DNA of 64,000 bases from Ostrea edulis (Eukaryota), in contig NC_079165.1 of the NCBI RefSeq assembly GCF_947568905.1, forward strand, positions 16,554,001 to 16,618,000, in the 5' to 3' direction. Positions within the stretch are counted from its first letter, which is position 1. The number at the start of each line of letters is the position of its first letter. Below, piece after piece: positions 41,883 to 52,708 of this stretch. The translations under genes and the position numbers were made by a program. Under the pieces are notes generated by a model. The model worked only from the letters and a program-made list of their open reading frames with translations. It made no database searches and was not told the DNA's origin.

Positions 41883-42375
41883 AGCAAAGAAACATATAGC
41901 ATCTAGATAAATTTTGACTATATTTGGTTGATATACACATAAACGTATAACTGTTGTAGCTCTTTTTATGTATGCTTTTTGTGGTAACTATCTACATTTC
42001 ATATTGTCATTTTCCACTGGTTGATATTTAAACACGAAGAATTACAGATTGAGAAGATGAACATTGCTTTAGATAGCCAGTAGCATATTTAGCATAGAGA
42101 TTAGGGAGAAGCGATAACTCATGATCATACTTCAAATTTTGTATAAACTCATATTGCTTGAATGAGATATCTGTAATCAGGTGCACTTGCAGCTTTGTAC
42201 GTACATTGTGTCTATTCAATTTATCATGAATGTAGACCCTACGCGAAAACTATGATGGGGCAACTAAAGTGCGAAGTATCCCCACCTCTACTTTCATTTC
42301 GACCTTAGAGACACTGCATTTTTTATTCAAATCAATATACTGGGGAAATAATATAATGCAATATATTAAAATAAA

Positions 42376-42510
42376 TGGGGTTCCTTACTCCTCCTAGGTA
42401 CGCGATCCCACCTCTGGTATGTCCAGGGATTGTGTTTTCCCTACTATCAAGTTTTGTATTCTTTATGGGAATGATTTCATTGGTCACTGTTCGAGATCTT
42501 CACTTTTCAT
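42376..42510 (+). mobile_element. Naiad-type 3' terminus
   Basis: CTTACTCCTCCTAGG...ATCCCACCTCTGGTATGTCCAGGG...CACTGTTCG..ATCTTCACTTTTCAT. Confidence 0.8.
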
Positions 42511-43489
42511 TGAGTAGAGGTAAGAAGTCTACATATTGTTATGGTGAAATAGTCTTAAACTCCCTTGCCTGTATTCTGAGTATTCGATGACAAATCACAC
42601 GGGTTATGCATTTTTTCTTTCTTTTTAGTTGTTGAAAAAATTCATATCCCGCATTATGGAAAAACAAACTAAAATAAAATAACGAATATGACATATTTTT
42701 TACCCATTTCGTTAATTTGAACGGAACAAATGATACACCCTTTGACCCCGACGACATGATTACGTGAATTGGCGATGCTAAAAAACCGGATCGAACTAGG
42801 CCCTAATTTGCAACTACATACAAGATGTATTCATCGTCAAGGATACGAAAAGCAATCTCAATTAAAAACTTAACACCAATATTACCTAGGAAGGGTGCAT
42901 ACGTGTAAGGTAATGGGGTCCCTATTTATATTGTAATGACATGAATGCAAATGAAGTGATGAAAAGGCAAAACATTATTAAGTACAGGAAAGGTCATTGG
43001 ATGCGAGGAGCTGTTCCAATTTTGTTTTGTTCCTTAAAAGTGCTTAGCGTCACGCTACCTTTTTAATGACTTTCGAAGGTCTGTTTATGGAATGCAGTTA
43101 GATAAAAAACAAACAGATAAAAATGTACCATCAGCAATTTTAAGAATGTCGAAACATTTAACCATTCAAAACTTTCTCGTCATGTTGTGTTTCTAGACTG
43201 CATCCGGAGCCAAGTAATTCAATCGTGAACATAACCAGTCACGATTTGTTACTTTCTCCTTTTATATATCGGAGTGCAAAACAAAATGATTAAGCACGTT
43301 CAATTTTGCCAGTATACTTGATATATTTGTGAAATATTCTGCAAGTGTTTGCCTCACTTAATATGTCAAATCTCTCAACTAATGAAAAATGAATATGCTA
43401 AATTCTAATTGGATTATGAGAACGTACTTTGAAAAAATTACGCACCTTGAAAATATTCTTTTTCATGTTCAAAGTGCGTTATGGATGTA

Positions 43490-43648
43490 NNNNNNNNNNN
43501 NNNNNNNNNNNNNNNNNNNNNNNNNNNNNNNNNNNNNNNNNNNNNNNNNNNNNNNNNNNNNNNNNNNNNNNNNNNNNNNNNNNNNNNNNNNNNNNNNNNN
43601 NNNNNNNNNNNNNNNNNNNNNNNNNNNNNNNNNNNNNNNNNNNNNNNN
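43490..43648. other. Assembly gap (159 N)
   Basis: Run of N; ORFs spanning it are artefacts. Confidence 1.
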
Positions 43649-43707
43649 GTATTTGATACAGTAAATACATCCAATAATAAAAGTCAAGAAACACAAAACT
43701 CGAATAA

Positions 43708-43761
43708 CATTTCACTGTTAGCGCTTTCGGCTTTAATGCCTCTTCAGACAGTTATAAAATG
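43708..43761 (-). ncRNA. Minimal type I hammerhead ribozyme
   Basis: Minus strand ACUGU-CUGAAGA-GGC auuaaa GCC-GAAA-GCGC-UA-ACAGU: full core, 5-bp stem I (extendable by CAUUU/AAAUG), 3-bp stem II and a palindromic stem III loop. Confidence 0.85.
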
Positions 43762-43922
43762 AAATAATATTGCTAAGTAACGTCAACATATCACGACGTA
43801 AGTAATTGTCCTTTGTGACGTCATAATAAATTACACTGGTAGCGGTATAATACACACAATATTAGACAAAACTTGGAAATCAATTACAGATTTCAGTTCA
43901 ATGTAGTTTCAATTTTACACAG

Positions 43923-44314
43923 TTATTTTCTATTAAGTTTGGGATTAAACAATTTTATAAAGTATTCCTCCTTTGTAACTCTGGAAATTTCGCAGTCATT
44001 ATATACATTTTATAAAATGGAAATATGTTGAAATCTCCATGACCACAATTGGCAAAATGTTCGGAACATGGCAAATTTCTGATACTTGGATCGCGAATTT
44101 GCTGCTTGTGGACGCGCACACGGGCGTTCAGTTTGTTGGTTTGTCCGATATAGTTTTCATTACAGGTAGGGCAGGTCATACAATATATTACATTTTCGGA
44201 TTTGCATGTCATGTTAGAATTTGGTGTTAATTTTTTGCCGCATTTAAGAATTTTTTCTCTGCCTTCCTCTAGATGATTGAATGTACCGCAACGTGAATCA
44301 CCACATTTTTGCAC
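43923..44314 (-). mobile_element. Canonical (C-terminal endonuclease) Penelope-like element, GIY-YIG 3' fragment
   Basis: KCGDSRC...NVIYCMTCPTCNENYIGQT...RVHKQQI...CSEHF. After one frameshift it ends KEEYFIKLFNPKLNRK*. The hammerhead lies downstream. Confidence 0.9.
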
Positions 44315-44330
44315 GGATTTGGAATTCCTA

Positions 44331-44930
44331 ATCTGTTATAATAAATTACTAACTTGTTTTCACAAATTATCAATTTCTTATAACAAATTATTAATCTGTT
44401 AAAACAAGTTAGCAATCTGTTATAACAAATTACTAATCTGTTATAACAAATTGATAATCTGTTATAACAAATTATTAATCTGTTTTAACAAATTGATAAT
44501 TTATTATAGCAAATTAATAATTTGTTTTAACAAATTGATAATTTGTTATAACAAATTATTAATCTGTTATAACAAATTTAACAGATTATCAACATCAACG
44601 ACAAGACATCATAATAGACAATCGTGAATATTCTCTCCTTAGTCTCCACATATCAAAGGTTTATGTCAAAAGACAAAAAAATTATGGCCCGGACAAACAT
44701 AGTATGAGAAGCGGAAGAAGATGAAGAATTCACACTAAAACAATATGTCCCCTTTCTGGAAAGGGTGGGGGTATATTTATTCATAAATATTTTTAATGAA
44801 AAAATGTGAAATACCATCGGTACAAAAACTTTTCAATCAAGAGCAGATTAGTAATTTGTCATAACAGATTAGTAATTTGTTATAACAAATTATTAATTTC
44901 TTATAACAAATTATTAATTGTTATAAGAAA
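44331..44930. repeat. Two oppositely oriented arrays of a 21-bp quasi-palindromic unit
   Basis: CTGTTATAACAAATTA(C/T)TAAT at about 44331-44590 and its reverse complement at about 44845-44930. A Helentron-like 5' hairpin fragment (minus strand, about 44640-44775) lies between them. Confidence 0.8.
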
Positions 44931-45360
44931 TTAAAAAAAAAGATACTGCTGCTGCCCTAAAATCCTTCCGTATGAAACAATATACAAATAAATGTCCCCA
45001 TTCTTAACTCTTACCGACCTTTGAATGTCTGACATTATTCTAAAAGGCGGAATGTGCATTTTTCTTCCATTTACATGTAAGTTTCTTTTGACCTCCCCCA
45101 GGCCACAAAGTAGTGCTTTAATTGTGGACATTTGCGAGAAGGAATGACTTTTACAGTCAACAGCGTAATATACAGAAATGTTTGCGAGGCATAGCCGTAT
45201 AGATGAAGTAAGTGCTGAATCGATGCAATGTACCGAAATGTTCAAATTGCCCGAATATTATAAAGTTGATGCATGATGCACACACTAACGACAAACGGTA
45301 ATGATGTGACATCAATAAATTCACTTTTAAAGTTAATTATTTTTTATTCGTTGAATGTAA

Positions 45361-45411
45361 AACTTATACGGTACCAATTTTCATGCACCAGATGCGCATT
45401 TCGACAAATAA
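45361..45411 (-). ncRNA. 3' half of a hammerhead-type motif (truncated)
   Basis: Minus strand ...UUUGUC-GAAA-UGCGCA-UC-UGGUG. The CUGANGA strand is missing. Confidence 0.45.
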
Positions 45412-45782
45412 TCTAATTGATAGTTTTAGAATTTGGGGTATTTGTACAAGGCATCCACATTACATACCTGTACATAGTGTACAGATGGCAAACTAGAACA
45501 CGAATTATTAAATATTAATTATTTTAAATGGGTAGTTAATATCAATTGAGTCTCCATTCACTCCTTAAATGGACCGATTTTCTGCATTTATACGTTTATC
45601 CGCCTGTATCCACGCGATTGATGTATATATCTATTTCCTACTGGGTTTTTTTCTGTGATAAACCTTGTAGGCTTCATTGTAGTATTATCGCTTTATAACA
45701 TCATCTTGTAATCAGATCGTGTCATGAGTTACATACATGTGTAAGTGTTAATATTGGAATTTACGTAGAATGTCGTACTTAT

Positions 45783-46690
45783 AAAAGGTGAAGATAACTA
45801 ACAGCGATCAATCTCATAACTCCTGTAAGCAATACAAAAATAGAGAGTTGGGCAAACACGGGCCCTTGGATTTTACAGAAATTGGATTATATGCCTAAGA
45901 GAAGTAAGCATCCCCGTTCACACCCGCCGTGAGCCCTATATATTGATCAGGTAATAGGAGTTATACGTAGTCAAAATCAGTGTGCCAAGAACAGCCTAAC
46001 AATCGGTATGAAACACGTCACACAACATTTGACACAATGATATGTTGTATTGGCAAACTAGATCGTTATAACGCCCACATAATTTGCGAAATGCTTACTT
46101 TAATCGAGACTGTTGAAACCCCTGCACCATCAGCTTGTATGGCGGTAGCCTTTCTCGGTTTAAAAACTGATCATACGCAGAAGGCGCTCTTCTGTATCAG
46201 ATCAGTTGAGAGATACACACACCATATGCAGTTGTTAAATAATTGAATGGAACATTGCAACATAAATATTATTTTTTAAAAGGTTGACGATGGAGAAGTT
46301 GATGTCATCCCATTTGTCATAAAGCTGAGTTGATAGTTTGTCGTTGATATGTATTTCAATAAAATATCTAAGTATGAAGCAGAAATGGACGACTCTGCAG
46401 CTTGTTTTATTTCGAGTTCACAAGGATATGTCAAATCGACATTTGAATGAAAATAACTATTTCTAATAGATATATCTAAATGTCGAATTGAAGGCCACAG
46501 CAAGATATGTTTCCTTGTCACGTAGATGTTTTTGAATAAATTCTGCATCATAAGAAAATAAAAACAGGTCAGCTAACAAAGGAACACAATTCGTGCCCAT
46601 AGGAATTCCAACAGTCTGTTAGAAGACCTGATCACCAAACACCATGAAGATAGTGTTAATGAGGATCTCCAGCATATATTCAAATCTTAA
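45783..46690 (-). mobile_element. Naiad-type PLE 3' fragment (RT motifs to terminus)
   Basis: QQTVGIPMGTNC, YPCELEIKQAAESSISASYLDILL, then the consensus 3' end. Confidence 0.9.
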
Positions 46691-46735
46691 AGAATTAAGT
46701 ATTGTATACCTTCATTTTTATTTCAAATGTATTTA

Positions 46736-47030
46736 ATGAAAGGTGAAAATACCAAACAGTGATGAATTTCATACATCCTATAAGGAATAAAACATACATG
46801 TAAAGTGTTGAGCAAACACAAGCCCCTGGACATACCAGAGGTGAGATCACGTTCCTAGGAGGAGTAAGCACCACCCACCGACCGGTCACACCCATCATGA
46901 TCCCTTCATATGTATGTGTTGATCAAATAAACAGTGTAATCTACAGTCAAAATCAGTGTGCTAAGAACGGCATAACGATTTGTATGAAACATGTCAGACA
47001 ATACTTGACCAAATGACAGGTTGTGTTGGC
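46736..47030 (-). mobile_element. Diverged Naiad-type 3' end, tandem to the previous copy
   Basis: ATGAAAGGTGAAAATACC...CCCCTGGACATACCAGAGGTG...AAGAACGGC. Confidence 0.75.
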
Positions 47031-47039
47031 AAACTATAT

Positions 47040-47190
47040 CGTTTTAACGGCATGTAGTACAGGGAGGCTTCTATCAAAATTGTGTATTTCATGATACCCG
47101 GCGTAGAGGTTCTGACTCCAGGGCGGGACCAAACTTGGTATGTAGTGGTTATGAACAAAATATTTAAATAACGTCTTTAATTCTATGCTT
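47040..47190 (+). mobile_element. Fragment of the Helentron-type repeat seen at 1515-2338
   Basis: GAGGCTTCTATCAAAATTGTGTATTTCATGATACCC...GTTCTGACTCCAGGGCGGGACCAAACTT is similar to about 1735-1800 and 1930-1965. Confidence 0.65.
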
Positions 47191-47279
47191 TGGACCATAT
47201 GTTAAGTAAGTATTTTGGATGAAATAATTCAGTTAGTTCAGTTAATAAAAAAATTCAAGAGAAATATGTTCTTGGCAAA

Positions 47280-47446
47280 CTAATTCTGACTACGGACTAC
47301 TCCGATTTTTCTTGATCAAGATATCGGGCTCACGGCAGGTGTGAACGGTCGACAGGCAATATTTGCTCCTACTAGGCACCTGATCCCAGCTCTGGTGTGT
47401 CCAGGGGCCCGTGAGACTGATCACTGTTCGTTATCTTCACCTATCA
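47280..47446 (+). mobile_element. Naiad-type 3' terminus
   Basis: GGGCTCACGGCAGGTGTG...GGCACCTGATCCC...CACTGTTCGTTATCTTCACC. Confidence 0.85.
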
Positions 47447-48546
47447 TGTAAGGACTTTTTTGAGATGACGATGCAAGAATAGAGCAATGTAAGCATCAAT
47501 CGTTCACAGCTTTTTCTGGGTCGTCAATCGAAGGCTTTTATAAGAGAACTGGATCTTAAAAATAGCTCCCTGTTTTGTCCTGGTATTTTAACAGTGAGCT
47601 GTAGATCTGCAGTTATTACCGATGTATATGTATTTCCGAATTGGCGGTACGTTTAACATGCTGAGTATAATACCCGTGTAATAAACATGTATAATAATAA
47701 AATAAACCACAAAGCTTTTGCATGATAAACATGCATTCAATTGTTCATGATGTACTAAAGCACAGGTCGTTGTACGCGAGAGGTTGTTGAGATTTTATCG
47801 TTTGTTCAAATTGCTCGATGGCACGCTACCCTTTAATCGACTCGTCATGGTCTGTTGATGACCTGCTCCCGGATCTATGATAAAGATGTCAACAAACATA
47901 ACCAGTCACCCGGTTGGTTTCTCCTGTGATAACTTCAAAGGTTAAAATGACACTGTAATGAATGTTTTAAATCAGTGGATGTCCATCGGAGTGTTGTGAC
48001 GTCGTCAAACTTGATATTTTTTGCCTAAACTTGGTACATTTGTTTAAACACATTTTTCAGTTTACTACATATTTATTCTCTTGAATGAATTTCTTAGATG
48101 TTGAAAAATAGAATGTGTTACCATGAAGTATAAAACAGGCAGAGCAAGAAGTTAGGTCACATTCATTCTGGTGAAGTCATTGAGTTTGTGCATGGCATCG
48201 AGGCGGAATGACTCCAGTCTATGCATTCAGAATTTATCCTTGCTCCGGCTCGGTCCATTTCGACACTGGGTTCTTTCACCTCATTGGTTTTAATGATAGA
48301 CATGTGGTTATTTTAAAGGACAGACATTTTATTGCTCCATGTAACTCTCGATACTTTCAGTATGTAGACGTTTCCCCAGCCTTTTTAAGTTTAGTTTTAG
48401 TACTGATATGTTTTGTTTTTACTTTTATCTATCTAGTTTTCATTACGATGTCAATATTTTGTCATCCTGCAGAAGGGACAGAACGTTTCGAAAATTTGCG
48501 AGAATTTGACAATTTCATATTGGTGGGCTCAATGATCGTTATTAGT

Positions 48547-48583
<37 letters not shown>

Positions 48584-48699
48584 ATAGATATTATTATCAT
48601 ATGAAACTAATTTTAAAAAAAATTATACGACTAACGATTGAAAATTTGGCATGTTTTGATTAATAGTTGCATAATGCGTTGAAAAATGACAAGCATGTT

Positions 48700-48848
48700 T
48701 ATTTTTTATATTATAATACAATACTAAACATATTATCTTGCTATACATCTTGCCTTGCTGGCTAATACAACTTCACAGCTTTTTAATACTTTGCTTAGTT
48801 GTCAATTCTTTTGTATCTAAAGGCAAATTATTCCAATCCTTCATAGCA

Positions 48849-48881
<33 letters not shown>

Positions 48882-49115
48882 CACACACGGTGTTAAAAAT
48901 CTGCAAAAGTTTTACCTTCATGCAGAGCCTGTCCATCGGTGCTTAAAAAAATATTTTCATTACTTCTTTGTTTGTTCTTATAACCAATATTCTTAAGTTT
49001 TTGCCATAATTTCTTTGCTTCAGACCCATTTTCTTCGATTTTGTCTTGAAAGTAGCATGACCTACATGTAGCTTTTAAAACTCCTTTTTGTACAAGCTTT
49101 TTTTTCTCCAATTAA
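48700..49115 (-). pseudogene. Internally deleted CR1/L2-group LINE ORF2 remnant
   Basis: YFQDKIEENGSEAKKLWQKLKNIGYK (linker) is joined across an A-run to YNAMKDWNNLP (C-terminal motif). Confidence 0.55.
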
Positions 49116-49749
49116 TAAGATAATGGTTTCACAGTAATTTGTATAGATCTTCTTCAAAGAGGTCAATAAAGGAAGACTGGGGGTGGGGGGTGGGGGGTAG
49201 CAAACCCAACTGTGATTAGTTCTGATTTGCTAAATAAAGTTCTAGCCAAAGAGACTCTACATGTATGTCAGCGTTGTTGATATCTGTTTTTTCTGGTAAA
49301 CGCAGCATTGGATGAAGCATCTACGCAGACGCTACCTCCACTCCTTTTTCGGTCCTTACCATATTATACACCATTTCTGAATGGTGATCAAACCATTACC
49401 TTGAAAGGTAATTTTAATAAGTTCACGTATTCGTCTTTGAAAATAGGCATTTATTTTTTGGCGCGCGGATGTGTGTGTAAGTTATAAAGACTAATTATAA
49501 TTATATATTGTACGTGACTGACTGTTTAATCGGTGCACCCCTTACTATTGTTTTAGGGGACCATTTTGTTCTTTTCTTTTGGGTTTCTTTTCTTACTTCC
49601 CATTACCCTCTCTTTTTTCCATTTCTAAGTTCTATTTAGGTTACTACATGTATGTATATGAGGTAATGTTCTATAATACTATTACTACTAATTATGGTAA
49701 AACTGATGATACGAGATGAGAACGCCTTGAATTATCTAGGGTGGGTCAA

Positions 49750-49987
49750 GCGCTGTATGACGTGTTTCATACCGATTGTTAGACCGTTCTTGCCACACTC
49801 CGTTTACCTGATCAAGATAAAGGGCTCGCGGCGGGTGTGATCGGTCGACAGGGGATGCTTGCTCCTATCAGGCACCTGATCCCACCTCTGGTGTGTCCAG
49901 GTGTAGACCGTATTTGTCCACCTCTCTATTTTGTATTGCTTATAGTAGTTATGAGATTGATCACTGTTCGTTATCTTCACCTTTCAT
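49750..49987 (+). mobile_element. Naiad-type 3' terminus
   Basis: GACGTGTTTCATACCGATTGTTAGACCGTTC...TTATCTTCACCTTTCAT. Confidence 0.85.
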
Positions 49988-50230
49988 ACTTGGATAATAT
50001 ATTTTCCAGAAATTGCTCTAGTATTTGCCTCACAATATGTTTCAATTCACTTTAATGTGAAACTGCTATGAAGGTGTCACATGAAAACACGGGAGCTATT
50101 CAACCAATCCATGACAACACAGACCGATATAAAAATCTTACCATTATTACTATTGCATCTTGCAAATGACAATTTTATAAACTTTTTTTAAAGGCAAACT
50201 GGCGGTTCTAGAAACTTTTCAAAGGAGAGC

Positions 50231-50500
50231 TGATTGATTGTACATGTATAATGTTTAACGTCCCTTTCAAGAGTGTTTCACTCATATGGAGACGTCATCA
50301 GTACCGGTAAAAGGCTGCAAAATTTAGGCCTATGCTTGGCTCTTACGGCCTTTAAGCAAGGATAGATCTTTATCGTGCCACACCTTCTGTGACACGGGGC
50401 CTCGACATCTGCTATCGCATCCAAAGCACCGCCCCATTTAGTCGCCTCTTGCGACAAGCAAGGGGCAATGAGGACTTATTCTGACCCGAATCTCCTCAGG
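50231..50500 (-). mobile_element. SINE type B
   Basis: GCTTGTCGCAAGAGGCGACTAAATGGGGCGG head, shared body and (AATC)n tail. Confidence 0.8.
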
Positions 50501-50804
50501 ACCTCAAAGGAGGAAGTGCCCATTCAAAATAGTATGTTTGTTGCCTAGAGGGAGGTTTTGTAAAAATTTGAAACTGGTGGGGAGATTTATACCTTATAGG
50601 CTTATACCCCCTCTAGGTCCTTCACGGGAAGTTGAAAATCTTGGTGTAGTAAGACTGAGCTGCTGTTGTAAAACAGGCATCATATTAAAATTATATCTGA
50701 TATATTGATACTTCTGAAGGCATCACAGTGGTTGAAAATAAATCTACAGTGTTACTTGAAGCAACTCAAAATTAATTTCCGAGAGACATAAAACCATATG
50801 TAGG

Positions 50805-50990
50805 TGATCATGGTATATTGTTGCATGAATAATAGAAGTTGTCGATGGGTGAACTGAAGTCATCCCGTTTGTTTTAAAGTTGAGCGTTCAGCTCTGTGTT
50901 CACTGAAATAACCAGGCATGGAGCAACTGCTAAATACCTTGTTTTTGGTGTATTTTATTTCGAGTTTACTGTTATATATCGAATCAACTT
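50805..50990 (-). mobile_element. Old PLE RT scrap
   Basis: VDSIY..KLEIK and KRDDFSSPIDNF-like remnants. Confidence 0.55.
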
Positions 50991-50994
50991 ATTA

Positions 50995-51205
50995 ACCCTC
51001 TTCATATATGTCTACACATAAGGCGGCTACAAGGTCTCTCCATTCTGTTCTTGTGCGGCAAGCCCTATGACGTTCCAGTTGTATTCAGTCTCTCATTTCT
51101 GTCTCTACAGTTCTTATACAAGTCCATTTCGGTCTCCAGGTTTTCTCTTTCCATGCGATGCCCATTTCATAACTCTTCTTCCAATGCTGTCTTACTATCT
51201 ATCGA
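50995..51205 (-). mobile_element. RTE-clade LINE 3' end fragment
   Basis: Minus strand TWNVIGLAAQ...EWRDLVAALCVDIYEEG*, typical of an RTE ORF C-terminus. Confidence 0.65.
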
Positions 51206-51354
51206 ATCAACAAAAGAGTGAAAATGAGTATTACGAATAAACACCGTCGGTAGATCTAAATGATGAGTTGAAGGCCACAACAACATATATTTGATAAATA
51301 GATTTTTCAAATCTAAATACAAAAAGCACTTGTTTCATTACAATACATTACTGC

Positions 51355-51574
51355 CATAAGGTCAAATGTTACCTGACGTGTTTCATACCAACTGTTAGGC
51401 CGTTCTTTACCGACTGATTTTGACCACGGATTACTCCGTTTTCCTAGTCAAGATATAGTGCTCGCGGCTAGTGGGTCCTGTAGGCTGGGGAGCTTTGGTA
51501 CATATACGTCCATGAGCCAACATGTAGGTGTTCCATACTCTTCATTTTGTATTCTTTATAGGAATTATAAGATC
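51355..51574 (+). mobile_element. Naiad-type 3' end, left part (continues at 62117-62134)
   Basis: Stops at ...GGAATTATAAGATC. The missing ATTGTTCGTTATTTTCAC appears right after the LINE tail. Confidence 0.75.
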
Positions 51575-51698
51575 AGTCTTCTGTGTTTATGTGCGCATGC
51601 GCTGAAAATGGACGGTCGAGATTTTTGAAAAGCTGCAAGTTTTACATTTCTTCTATTTGGAAAGTGTTGTGTGTAATTTTGATGACCTGTGAACACGC

Positions 51699-52637
51699 AT
51701 GGACATATCAGACATGTCGGACGACAATAAGAGACGTTTGTCCTCAGATGGATCTACTCCCAAGCCAAACAATAAGTCAGCAAAGTCGGTGAACAATGGA
51801 AATGGTGATACCGCCGAACGAAACAAGTTCAACAATGCGCCACCGCCAGCCCATTCGAACACGGCACAGCCTGCTTGGGTGGACCAATTGATGATCCGTA
51901 TAAATGATCTCGACGTAAAAATCTCTGAAATTGACAAAGTAAGTAAAGATTTGAGTTATTTATGTGACAAGATCGAAACTGTTCAGAATAGGGTGAGTCA
52001 TTTGGAGAAATTCACAGGAAATATGGGGAACACGATAGGGGAAATCAGAAAAGCACAAGATCACCTAAAAGTTGATATGAAAGATACAATGAAAGAGGTT
52101 AAAGAATTGCGACTTGTTAACGAACAGTTACAAAGTAAAATTACAGATCTCCAGGCACGTAGCATGAGGGACAACTTGCTCTTTTTTGGACTCGCAGAGT
52201 ATAGAGGTCATGGAAGAGAAAACTGTGTCAACATTATTAATGACTTTTGTGAAACAGAGTTAGGTGTTTCTGGGGTTTTTGAAAATATCGAAAGAACTCA
52301 TCGCTTAGGAAAGTTTGACAGAAACAAAACCAGGCCAATCGTCGTTAAATTCTCTAGTTTTGGAGTCAGGGAGAACATTAGAAGCAATGCATTCAAGGCT
52401 AAAAATAGTAATTTCAGTGTACGTGAGCAGTTCCCAAAAGAAATTGTTCAGAAGTGAAAATCACTCATCCCAGTCATGGAGAGAGCATTGAGGAACAATA
52501 GGAGGGCCGTGCTTAAAGTCGATAAGCTCTTCATTGACGGCAAGTTGTACGTGGCACCAAACGAAGTCGATATGGACGAGGATCAGCAGATCGTGGAGAC
52601 ACAAATCGAGGTGTCTGGAGGCGATGATGAGACCTAG
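51699..52637 (+). pseudogene. LINE ORF1 (coiled coil plus RRM-like, L1-ORF1 type) with one internal TGA
   Basis: LQARSMRDNLLFFGL...IERTHRLG...RPIVVKF...EQFPKEIVQK*KSLIPVM...DKLFIDGKLY. TGA 52455-57 is probably CGA>TGA; the real stop is TAG 52635-37. Confidence 0.85.
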
Positions 52638-52708
52638 GGGCGCGCGGAGAGTGATTTTGTTAAAATAATTAGCTGGAACATTAATGGAGGGTTTGCCTCT
52701 AAATTTAA
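52638..52708 (+). pseudogene. LINE ORF2 N-terminus (APE endonuclease start)
   Basis: SDFVKIISWNINGGFASKF, ending at TTAA 52705-52708. Confidence 0.85.

Noticed and set aside
43389-43762. ORFs spanning the N run
   Set aside because: Artefacts of the assembly gap.
47320-47400. Canonical HDV-like ribozyme in the Naiad-type terminus
   Set aside because: The strand order is similar, but the L3 register, G25, P1.1, P4 and catalytic J4/2 do not fit. Kept only as an unassigned structure.
48208-48663. 151-aa hydrophobic ORF
   Set aside because: Includes a (TC)n microsatellite, has no recognisable domain and an AT-rich composition that favours hydrophobic codons.
49940-49987. SECIS element in the Naiad-type 3' end (some Naiads encode selenoproteins)
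   Set aside because: ATGA is present but no apical AA motif at the expected spacing and no clear GA quartet partner. The copies are too degenerate to interpret in-frame TGA codons.
52455-52457. Selenocysteine or programmed readthrough at the TGA in ORF1
   Set aside because: A CpG transition (CGA>TGA) in a copy that also has three ORF2 frameshifts is the simpler explanation.
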